Shown one piece after another: positions 22,339 through 32,000 of a stretch of 32,000 bases of DNA. Position 1 is the stretch's first letter. Each line of letters opens with the position of its first letter. Made by a program: the position numbers and the translations under genes. The notes beneath the pieces are model-generated. The model had not been told where the DNA came from. It was given only the letters and a program-made list of their open reading frames with translations, and ran no database searches. Source of the DNA: Candidatus Saccharimonadota bacterium (lineage in GTDB: Bacteria > Patescibacteriota > Gracilibacteria > BD1-5 > UBA6164); NCBI GenBank assembly GCA_965227835.1, contig OZ245768.1:1230001-1262000 (forward strand). The letters are read 5' to 3'.

Positions 22339-23649
22339 TTATTTTTTGTAAAACAAATTTCCTGAAACTATCTCATTTTTTCAAACCTTCCCTGAAATTA
22401 TTTCAAAATTGCTATTGTTAGCTTCTATATAATTCTCACTCCAACCTTTCCAACTTCAATCTTTTCTTACCAACTCTACTAAAACTTCAAGATTTTTTCA
22501 TTTATTATCTTTTATAAAATTTTTTCTAATATTTTCAGATACAGATATTATTTTATTCATTCTTTCTTTTTTTGTTTTGTCCGAAATTTGATTTTTGTAA
22601 AATCATGCAGGAACACTTTCTCAAAATTTATGAGAAGAGAAGGGAAAAGCATGTATTTTTGTTATATTACACTTTTTAATTAGAGACAAACTATCTTCAA
22701 AATCTTTTTCACTTTCTTCGGGAAATCCAACTATTATATCAGCTCATATTCAAATTTTTACCCTGTCCTTTCTTTTTATTTTTCTTAAATCTAAAAGGAG
22801 TTTTTTTATGTAATCTCAATCATAGTGCCTTCTCATTTTTTTTAAAATGAAGCTAGAGCCTGATTGAATAGAAAAATGAAAATGAGGAGATATTCTCTTG
22901 TTTTCGAATATTTTTAAGCATTTTTTATCTATAAATTCTGGTCACATAGAGCTTATTCTAATTCTAGGAATTTTTGTGTTTTTCAATAAATATTCCAAAA
23001 GCTCTGAAAACTTAGATTTTCCTATATCATTTGTTGATTCAAGACCCCAAGCTGATAAGTTTACTCAAGTTAAAACTACTTCTTTTCATCAATTTTCTTC
23101 AAAATCATTTATTTCCGAGGCAATATCTTGTTTACTTCTAAAATAATGCCTTCCTCTTTTTTGTACAGTTAAACAAAAAGTACAGAAACTATCACATCCT
23201 CACTGTATTAAAACAAATTTTTTTGTATAAATTCAAGAGTTATTAATTTTTTTAGAAATGCTTGATAGGTCTATTTTTTTCTTTTCTTCTCATTTTCAGA
23301 TTTTTTCATCTGAATCTTCTCATAATACTTCTATAAACTCCTTATATTCTAGTAAATCTTTATACAAATCAAAAAAATCTTCTTGTGCTTTTCATTCCTT
23401 GAAGGCTCCACATCCTGATATATAAACTTTCCAATTTTTAGGAATTTTTAGTTTTTTTTCTTTGCTTATAGAGTTTTCTTGATATTTTTTAAATATGTCT
23501 TTTATAAACTTTATCCATTTTCTTTTTGCTCTATCTGTTACTACACAGCTAGCTATAAATACTCCAGATTTATTTTTTAGATAAGAAGAATTTAACCATT
23601 TGTCAGTGTAATATTTATTTACCTTGCATCAAAAAACCTTGTATTGCAT
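22339..23649 (-). CDS. radical-SAM methylthiotransferase (MiaB/MtaB family)
   Basis: 436 aa. N-terminal MTTase motif VFGCKVNKYYTDKW, radical-SAM cluster GCDSFCTFC, and a TRAM-like C-terminus. Confidence 0.75.
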
Positions 23650-23655
23650 AATATA

Positions 23656-24084
23656 TTATTCAATAGTTTTTAAAAACACTAATTCATCTCCACCGTAAAA
23701 TTTAATAATTCATGATTCTTTAAATCAGCTTTTTTTATGAAAATTTATAGATGTTTCGTTGTTACAAAGTACAGTAGACATTATTTCTTCATATTTTTCT
23801 CTTACTCAAAGATCATTTATAAATTTCAAAATTTCTTTTCCTATTCACTTTTTTCTTTCTTCTTGTTTTACTCTTAGGTATTGTATCATTATTGTATCAT
23901 CCCACATTTTTACAAATGAAAATGATCATACAATATGATTATCTTGAAGAGCTATATAATAAGATTTCTTTTCCAACAAAGATAAAAAAGTATCTTTACT
24001 TGGTGCTCAATCCAATCATCCTTCAGAATGTTTTACTATTTCTTCGAAATCAGTCTCCTTTGGTATTTTAAAGTTAATACCCAT
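23656..24084 (-). CDS. GNAT family N-acetyltransferase
   Basis: 142 aa. Motif A is LRVKQEERKKGIGKEIL; C-terminal FHKKSGFKESG. Confidence 0.6.
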
Positions 24085-24102
24085 ATTTAATTTATTATTA
24101 TA

Positions 24103-24579
24103 TTATTTACTTTTAGATTCTTTCATTCACATAATACTTAGTATTAGAATTGTTATTATTATGGCACTACATATAAGGCAAAGTACACAATAAGTTGATA
24201 CTAAATATTCATTGAATATTATATAAGAATTAAATAATACACCAAGACTAGCTATGATTGTAAGAATTTTATAAATATTTTTTACTTTTCATTTAATAGC
24301 TAGTATTGATAAAATAAGTATTGTAGGGTAAACAATAAGGGCTAAAAGAGAAAAGGGGATTCAAAAAAGCCGTGCAAAATCATGGCTGAAAACTCAAGAG
24401 CAAGAAAAAGTAGAGTTGAAATCACATGCAAATCACATTTTGTTTCCATTTTCTTCTATTCCTACCATATATGAAGGTGTGTTTTTGTCTCATTTTATTA
24501 AATAAGCATTATATGTGAGGTACAATGCATTTAGTCCTGCTACAAGAGCTAATATTGAAATTATTACTAATTTTTTCAT
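24103..24579 (-). CDS. VKOR (vitamin K epoxide reductase)-like membrane protein
   Basis: 158 aa with about 4 TM helices. A loop cysteine pair (ACDFNSTFSCS) followed by FGIPFSL, and a CVLC redox motif in the last TM helix. Confidence 0.5.
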
Positions 24580-24914
24580 TGTTTTCTTTTATAAATTTAA
24601 AATCAAGTTAAAATTATATAAAAATATTTTTATAATACAAATTTTATAAAATTTTAAAACTATTTGTTTATGACAGGTTTTTGCTTATTTTTCTAAAAAT
24701 ATTTACCTTTTTATTTTTTCTCTTGATTATTACAAAAGCTTTATCCAATCTAGGTTTATAAAAACTTTTCAAATTAACTGGAAAAATCAAAAGAATTTGA
24801 TAAAAAATTAAAAAATATATAATAAAAAAACTTTAAGGGAGATATTAGATAATGAACGAAAAATTCATTGATTAAAAATATCGTTTCACCTTTTTATTTT
24901 ATAAAATAATAACT

Positions 24915-25607
24915 ATGTCAAAACACGGAAAAAAATATAGAAAAGCCTTTGAGCTTGTTAACTCTGATATGGCTTATAATGTAGATGAAGCTGTAGAATT
25001 ACTTGAAAAAACAAATACTGTAAAATTTGATCCAACTGTTGAAATTCATATAAATTTAAATCTTGATCCTAAGTATCAAGATCAAATGATAAGAACAACT
25101 TGTAGTTTACCTAATTGATCAGGTAAAAAATCAAAAATATGTGCTATATCTGATGAAAATAAAGATGTTTTAATGGAAGCATGAGCAGATGTAGCTTGAT
25201 GAGAAGACTTGATAAATGATATATCTAGTTGAAATATTTCTCTTGATTTTGACTCTATAGTAACTACTCCATCTATGATGAAACATTTAAGTAAAATAGC
25301 TAGAATTTTATGACCAAAATGACTTATGCCCAATCCTAAAGCATGAACAGTAACTGATAATATAATAGACTCTATAAAAGAAATAAAAGCAGGTAAATTT
25401 GAATTTAGAACTGATAAACATGGTAATATTCATTCTATTTTTGGTAAATTATCTTTTGGTAAAGACAAATTAATAGAAAATTTAAACTATTTTTTAAACC
25501 TTATAAAAGAGGTAAAACCAAGCTGAGCTAAATCAAAATACATAAACTCTATTCATATATGCAATGCAATGGGTCCTTCTATAAGACTTAACATAGAAAA
25601 TTCTTAA
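24915..25607 (+). CDS. rplA: 50S ribosomal protein L1
   Basis: 230 aa. Contains SLPNGSGKK and RILGPKGLMPNPKAGTVT, with the conserved Gly residues encoded by TGA. Confidence 0.95.
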
Positions 25608-25640
25608 AATCTCAAATATTTACTCTTTTAAATTTTTCTT

Positions 25641-25829
25641 ATGTCTGAATTTGCTCCACCTTCTAGAAAAGTAAAGGTTACTAAATCTCAGATGAAAAAA
25701 TACGTAAAGGATATAGAAGAACAAAAGAATAAAGCTAAGAAAAAAATAGACCAAGCTAAAAAATCTGGTGAATTTGATAAAGAAGAAAAAGATTTAGAAA
25801 AACTTGAAAATTTAATTGATGATTTGTAG
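25641..25829 (+). CDS. hypothetical Lys/Glu-rich 62-aa protein
   Basis: Open ATG..TAG ORF 33 nt after rplA with host-like composition. No family recognised; it is not L10. Confidence 0.35.
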   Translation: MSEFAPPSRKVKVTKSQMKKYVKDIEEQKNKAKKKIDQAKKSGEFDKEEKDLEKLENLIDDL

Positions 25830-26158
25830 AGACTAAATTATTTTTGTTGTAAATTAAATTTTTCAAATAATTTTTGATTTGATCTTGGGATAATATAAAA
25901 ACTTAATTTGCAATTTAGTTTTATATACTCATTACTAAATAACAATCAAAATTAAAATCATTCTTGGTGTAAACCGTGGGCTTTTTCAAAAATAGAGATT
26001 TCTTACAAGTGCAAAGAACTTTAGCTCTTTGCCTAAAGAAATATATTAATTTTGGTTTAATTTGAAATAGGATTTATTTTGCAAAAATTGTGCTATCCAA
26101 AATGCTGAAACCTTCTGTTGACAGACCAAAATAGTTTCAGAATAATTTATTAAAATTA

Positions 26159-26572
26159 TTAACCAAAAGCATTTTTTATTTTTACCTTACAATAAGGGCA
26201 ATACTTAAATTCCTCTCTTATTTTTTCTCCACATTTTATACATACTGTTTCACTAAAATTTTTTTCTCATATCTTTTCTGCTACATCTTCTCATAAACAA
26301 TCCAAATTATTTTCAACTTCCATGTAATATTTTTCAAAAAGAGTTTTTGCAGGTCTTATAATAAGATATAAAAAGATTCAAAAGGGAGTAAATACAAAAA
26401 CTGTTAGAATAGATATGATTTGTAAAAATATATTATCCGTTCTATTTTTTATGTCTTTTATAACCCAAATAATAATTGACATCCATATTACAAAAAAGTA
26501 AAGCAAGAAAAATATTATAACATTTTTAAGTGTTACTATTTCTATCGCGTAATTAAAAGATAAATCAAACAT
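26159..26572 (-). CDS. membrane protein with a C-terminal zinc ribbon
   Basis: 137 aa. Two N-terminal TM helices, then CIKCGEKIREEFKYCPYC. Confidence 0.5.
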
Positions 26573-26581
26573 AGATATAAA

Positions 26582-27245
26582 TTTATTTTTTTAGATTTCT
26601 CATTTTCCACCTTTCTATTTCTTGATGATTTCAAGATAATAGCACCTTTGGAACTTCCAAGTCCTTAAAATTCTTTGGTCTTGTATATAAAGGATATTCT
26701 TTTCTTCTATTTAGTTTTAAAGAAAAACTCTCTTCCTCTAGGCTTTTTTCATTTCAAATTACTCCTGGTATATGCCTAAGGATAGTATCAATGAATACTT
26801 GGCTTGCCAATTCTCAGCTAGATAAAATATACTCTCAAATACTTACTTCGTAATCCACATACAAATCTATTATTCTTTGGTCTATTCATTCATAGTGCCC
26901 ACAAATTATTATAAATTCTCAAAAGTCTTTAAGTTTACAATAATAATTTTCTACCTTTTCTTGACTCAACAAATCTCAAGAAGGTGACATATAAAAAACA
27001 GGTATTTTTTTGCTAAGTTTTTTGAAAATATGTTCAATATTTTCTGCCAAAGGTTTTGGGGATATCACTTGACCATGCATTCCATATGTTTTATCATCTA
27101 CATGTTTAAATTTTTTATCTGAGAAATCATTTAGCTTGTAAAGTTCATACTCAAAAAGTCATTTTTTATTTGCCCTAAATATGGTTGAACTTGAAAAGTA
27201 ACCACTAAAACTTTCGGGAAATATCGTTATTATATGAATTTTCAT
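26582..27245 (-). CDS. trmD: tRNA (guanine37-N1)-methyltransferase TrmD, interrupted by a 1-nt frame disruption
   Basis: N-terminal frame 27245..27114 gives MKIHIITIFPESFSGYF...KLNDFSR then TAA. The C-terminal frame runs to 26582: DKKFKHVDDKTYGMHGQV...IICGHYEGIDQR...SIGEYILSSGELA...LLSGNHQEIERW. Total length is 664 nt, which is not a multiple of 3. Confidence 0.8.
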
Positions 27246-27822
27246 ATTTTTTTATTATTTTTAGAACTTCTTCTAATACTTCTTTTGGTGTTTTATTTCA
27301 TGTATCTATAATATGGTTACATATTTTTTTAGCTTGTTTTTTTTCATATATAATGCTTTTTTTTCTATTTTCAAGCTCTTTTCTGCATATATCTTTTTCT
27401 CTTTCTAATATTCTTTTTTCCAATGTGTCTTTTGGTATATCAAGAAATATAGATATTATATGTTTTTTTAACTGGGGATTATTTTTAAATATGTTTTTAA
27501 GTCCTCTGATATCTACTTCTTTTATTAAATTTTTTCATCTTTTTAATCAGTTTATTATATCTTCTTTTTTGGTTCAATAATAATTCAGCTTATGTACTAA
27601 TTCATATTCTAAAAACTCTTCTTTTTTTATGGATTCTTGGAATTCTTTTTCTGATAAAAAATAATAAACGTCTCCGTTTATTTCATTTTTTCGCATATTT
27701 CTAGTGACATATGATTTTATAAAGCATAATCATTCTATATTTTTATTCTTTAAATTTCTAATTAAAGTTCATTTTCCAGAGCCAGAGACTCACATTATAA
27801 AATATAGACATCTTTTTGTCAC
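27205..27822 (-). CDS. gmk: guanylate kinase
   Basis: 205 aa from GTG at 27822 (alternative ATG at 27795). Contains GVSGSGKGT, SYVTRNMRKNEINGDVYYFLSEKEF and FLEYELVHKLNYYGT. The 3' end overlaps the trmD start by 41 nt. Confidence 0.7.
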
Positions 27823-27980
27823 TTTTGGTTTAATGTATTGTATAAAATAAAAAAATTTGATGGATTATAAGAAAAAAACAATAAAAATCTATTTTTTATT
27901 TATAAAAATTTGTATAAAGTAGTGTGTTGAGGCTATTTTTAATATTTTTGCAGAAGTATATTTTTTAAACTTTTTGATAA

Positions 27981-28637
27981 ATGAAACCCTTTTTAAAAAT
28001 TCTTCCTTTTTTACTTATTTTTTTTCTTTTATTATATTTTTGTATTTGATTTTCTAAACCTTATGAGATAAATATAAAAAGTTCTGTATTTCAAATTTTA
28101 TTGAAAAAAAATATAAATCTTGACTCAAAAGAACTAAAAACTCACAGCTATAAGAATATAGAAAGTTTTTTACCCGTTTGAAAGTGATTTTTAATAGATG
28201 AAAAAGGTTTGTTTCTAACTTCAAAGCATATATTAAATCAAGATATTTGACTTTATTTTATAAAAATATGAGATAGAAATTATAGTTTTGATTTATTGAA
28301 TATACATGATGATAGGGATATTTTGGTTTGAAGAATAAAAAATTTTTGAAGTAAAGATTATATTATACCAAATTTTCCAAAAGATTTAGAAGTTTGAGAA
28401 AGAGTTTTTTATATAAAGGATTGAGAAAGGGTTTATTGAGAAATTACAGGTTTGGATGAAAATATAGATGACTTAAAATTAAAAGGTCTAATAAAAACAA
28501 ATTTAAAATTAGGCTTATGAGATAGCTGAACTCCTTTGATAAGGCAAGATTGATCTCTTATAGGTATTAATTCTGCTATAGATGAATATAGTTGATTTTC
28601 TTTTGCTCAAAAACTAGACAGGGATTATTTTGAATAG
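27981..28637 (+). CDS. secreted trypsin-like (S1/HtrA-type) serine protease without a PDZ domain
   Basis: 218 aa. Signal/TM N-terminus. Triad contexts are LTSKHIL, DRDILV and GDSGTPLI. Confidence 0.6.
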
Positions 28638-28658
28638 ATAACTAAAAAATTCAAAAAA

Positions 28659-28689
28659 ATAGCCACCGGAAATTATTTCTGGTGGCTAT
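28659..28689 (-). terminator. rho-independent terminator of the 102-aa ORF
   Basis: ATAGCCACC (28659..28667) pairs with GGTGGCTAT (28681..28689). On the minus strand the hairpin is followed by ATTTTTTTGAATTTTTT. Confidence 0.75.
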
Positions 28690-28699
28690 TGTAAAGTAC

Positions 28700-29008
28700 C
28701 TACAATCCAAAATTTGGATCATTAAAGTGTTTCCAAAACTCCAATACTTCATCATCTGATAAGGGTAAACAAAGTCTTGGAATTGAATTTTTGTCATGCA
28801 CAATCTTTCTTGAATAACAAAAGTCTATTTTTATTTCAATAGTATAACCACCATCATTTAAATAAGATTTTATCAAACCTTTCACTGATGAGTAAAGATT
28901 ATTAATTTCAGAAACTATTTTAATAGGTCCTTTATTAGTTTGTATACAGTAACGATTTGTTATCTCATCTTCTGTAATAAAGACTTTGCAAACGCTAATA
29001 TTAAGCAT
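28700..29008 (-). CDS. hypothetical 102-aa protein; TGA-free and SD-led
   Basis: AGGAGG lies 5 nt upstream of the ATG. All Gly are GGN codons. Sequence MLNISVCKVFITEDEITNRYCIQTNKGPIKIV...LPLSDDEVLEFWKHFNDPNFGL belongs to no family I recognise. Stop is TAG. Confidence 0.55.
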   Translation of the reverse strand: MLNISVCKVFITEDEITNRYCIQTNKGPIKIVSEINNLYSSVKGLIKSYLNDGGYTIEIKIDFCYSRKIVHDKNSIPRLCLPLSDDEVLEFWKHFNDPNFGL

Positions 29009-29073
29009 TTTAACCTCCTAGTTTTTTAAAAAAGAGAAACTACTATAATCTGCTATAAAAGACAGAGTGTTTA

Positions 29074-29102
29074 TATATAATAATTTATTATATGTTTGTC
29101 AA
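29074..29102 (-). promoter_or_regulatory. sigma70-type promoter TTGACA-N17-TATATA for the 102-aa ORF
   Basis: The minus strand reads TTGACA (29102..29097), a 17-nt spacer, then TATATA (29079..29074), about 65 nt upstream of the ATG. Confidence 0.45.
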
Positions 29103-29170
29103 ATAAATTTTTTTTGAAAAAGGCATTAACTGATTAATATTTGTTTTAATTTTAAATATAATTTTAAAAA

Positions 29171-30508
29171 ATGATAGATTTAAAACCTGCTTCTTGATTT
29201 GAAGAAAAACTTCCAGAAGCTTATTTGGTTGAAGAGAATTTCAAAGAAATAATTAAAAAAAACTACTCACTTTCTTGATTTACATCCATAGATACTCCCA
29301 ATATAGAAAAAATAGAAACTCTACTAGCTAAATGAGTAGAAGAAAATGAAATATATTGAGTTAAAAGACTAAAATCGGAAGACAAAAATGAATTTGAAAT
29401 AGGTCTTCGTTTTGATTTAACTGTACCTTTAGCTAGGTATGTTTCAAAATATAAATGAGAAATAAGTTTTCCTTTTAAAAGACAGCATATATGAAGAGTT
29501 TATAGATGAGAGAGACCTCAAAAATGAAGATATAGAGAATTTTATCAAGCAGACATTGATATAATATGAAACGGTTCTCTTCCTTTATTTGCAGATGTTG
29601 AAATAATATCTACCTTGTATAATAGTCTTTTAAAACTAAATTTTTGAGAATTTGTAATAAATATAAACAATAGAAAACTTTTATGAGGATTTTTAGAGGC
29701 TATAGGTGTTAAAAATATAGAAAAAGCTATATCTATACTTGATAAAAAGGATAAGCTAAATTTAGAAAATCTTGAAAAAATGTTTCAAGATGAGAATTTA
29801 TTATCAGAAGAAATTAAGCAAATATTTAATTTAATAGAATTATCTGAAAAAAAAGACTGAATAGATGTGTTGTTATTTTTTGAAAAATTCAAAAAATTAA
29901 GCTGACCTAATTTACTTTCTGAAGGAATTGAAGAGTTAAAATATATTTATGAAAATTTATTAAATATTTGAGTTGATAAAAGCTACATAAAAATAAACCC
30001 CACAATATCAAGAGGTTTGAACTATTATACATGAACCGTAATGGAAACTTTTATAGTTTGAGCTGAAAATATATGAAGTATAGCTTCTGGTGGTAGGTAT
30101 GAAAATTTATGTTCTAGTTTTTCTTGAGACAAATATCCTTGAGTATGATGTAGTATTTGATTATCAAGATTAATATCAATATTATCAGGTTTGTGAAAGA
30201 TAAATTATGATATTAAAACTGTAAGTAGTGTTTTGGTCTTAAACACATGAAAGGAATTTCTTCAAAAAAATTTAGAAATAGTTAAATATCTAAGGGAAGA
30301 GTGAATAAATACAGAGTTTTATTTAGATAGTGAGACAAAATTAGCCAAACAAATTAAGTATGCTGATAAAAAATGAATAAGGTTTGTGATAATCAATTGA
30401 GAAGATGAAATGGAGAAGAACCTAATGAGTATAAAAGATTTAAAAAAGGGTGAACAATACAGTATGAAAATAAATGAAGTTAAAAGTGTAATTTTAGGCA
30501 CTAAATAA
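29171..30508 (+). CDS. hisS: histidine--tRNA ligase
   Basis: 445 aa. Contains [57 protein letters not shown] and ASGGRYENL, plus a C-terminal anticodon-binding domain. Confidence 0.9.
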
Positions 30509-30576
30509 AAACATATTAACATATACTATATATAAGTAGTTTTATTATGATATGTATAAATAACAAGTAAAATTAA

Positions 30577-30606
30577 AAATATCCTCATTATAAACTGGGG
30601 ATATTT
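30577..30606 (-). terminator. hairpin between the convergent hisS and AI-2E transporter genes
   Basis: AAATATCC, a 14-nt loop, then GGATATTT. The minus strand follows with TTAATTTTA. Confidence 0.35.
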
Positions 30607-30681
30607 CTTCAAAAATAGAAACTTTTTAGACTTTTCATAAACCTTAATAGCAAAAGGCTAAAGTCCTTTGTTGACAAAAAA

Positions 30682-31842
30682 CTACTTCTTACTAGCTATA
30701 GCCTTTTTCGTTTTTAGCTTACTTATAGCTCCATCAAAATCTTTTAATAGCTCTGCTATAAAATAAAACAAACTTACTCATATAAGAAGCCCTGCTATTC
30801 AAAATAGTCTTTCTCAAATAAAAAGTATCAAGAAAGTCAAGCTTAGAGGAAGTTTTAAAAAATTAGAAAATATTTTAGGGTTTAGGTAATATGCTTCTAT
30901 GGTGTGTATTATTATTATAAGAAGTATTATTGCTATTACCATAGCAATTGATCCAGTTGAAGAATAAGCTACTATCAAAATAGGTATACTAGATAAAAAC
31001 ACTCAAAGTACAGGTACAAATCAAAATATAAAAACAACTAGTCAAAGTGTCAGTAAATAGGGAAATCATATTCACTGCATAAAAACACTTCATATTATAA
31101 ATAAACCTATAGATGTTAAAACAGTATTAATGAGAGCAATTAATGATTGAGCTTTTATTATTAATCCAAAACTTCTTATTATTTTGTCAAAAATAATCTT
31201 GTACTCATTATATAAAAAAGAGAAGTTAGATTTTTTTATTCATGATAAATAACTTTTTAATCTTTTTCTATCAAGTAAAAAAACCAAACTTAAAATCAAA
31301 GAAAAAACTATTTGCAAGAGTACTATTCAAGCACTTTTAGCTCTATTAAAAATTTCTATAAAGAGTTTGTAGTCACTACTTGAAAAAGCCTCTTTCAAGG
31401 TAGAACCTATTTCTGTATAATCCTTGTTTATATTTCATAAAAAAGCTTTTATATTGTTAAGCTGGTCTTGTAGTATGGGTATAGTATTAGCTAAACCTGT
31501 TAATTCTGATTGAATTTTTGGTACAGCCCCACTTATTATAGAAATAAAAATAAGTAAAAATAAAAAGTACTCTATTACTATTATTAGGTTTAAACTGAAA
31601 TATTTTTTGAAAATTGTTTTACTTGAATTACTTTTTAATTTTTTACAAATTATATCTTCTACTTTCTCTTTTAAAAATTTAGCAATAGAGTAAAAAAGGT
31701 AAGCAAATATAAATGTTAGAAAAAATATTATTATAAAATCACTAAAAGAAAACAAAATCAGTAATAAAATACCATAAGATATAGCTTTGTAGTAAAAAGA
31801 TTTTGTGAAAATAAGCGATGTGATTTTATTTAATTCTTTCAT
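30682..31842 (-). CDS. AI-2E family (PerM/YhhT-like) transporter
   Basis: 386 aa with TGA=Gly and about 8 hydrophobic helices. The overall layout resembles the AI-2E/UPF0118 family. Stop is TAG. Confidence 0.55.
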
Positions 31843-32000
31843 ATTTAATTTAAATATTCTAATTTAAAAAATTATTTTTTGATATATTTCTTGATTTATA
31901 GAATGAGAAATTTGAAATAATAAGTTTTTTGCCTAAACATAATAAAACAAAAATTTAAAAAAACTTAATTTTATCTGCATTTGGATGTTCTTTTAATTTT

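Noticed and set aside
31971-32000. Possible 3' end of a minus-strand gene (...KIKRTSKCR-TAA) at the window edge
   Set aside because: Only 10 codons are visible, which is too little to support a call.

Overview
Very AT-rich bacterial DNA that reads as genes only if UGA is translated as glycine (translation table 25, Gracilibacteria / Absconditabacteria-SR1 type). I translated both strands by hand. With TGA=Gly, the fragmentary table-11 ORF track becomes about 30 closely packed genes that all end in TAA or TAG. They include ftsA-ftsZ, tig, comM, rplA, hisS, trmD, gmk, lspA, rmuC, an ABC-2 exporter pair, a SpoIIE/PP2C phosphatase, a KAP-like NTPase and a DUF4143-type ATPase. Two insertion sequences are present (IS200/IS605 tnpA and IS30), and both carry TGA-Gly codons themselves. 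The main finding is three expression cassettes that look foreign and standard-code compatible: they have no in-frame TGA, Shine-Dalgarno leaders that host genes lack, and consensus-like promoter hexamers upstream; the first and third also have GC-rich intrinsic terminators. The largest is a 497-aa SPFH/Band-7 protein at 14462..15955. It ends in TGA followed by a textbook terminator, so in this host that stop should be read as Gly and the protein extended by 37 residues. An IS30 copy separates it from a near-consensus promoter. trmD carries a 1-nt frame disruption. I recognised no rRNA, tRNA or CRISPR array. All calls rest on hand translation and remembered family motifs; no database search was run. 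I checked each coordinate pair for a length divisible by 3.
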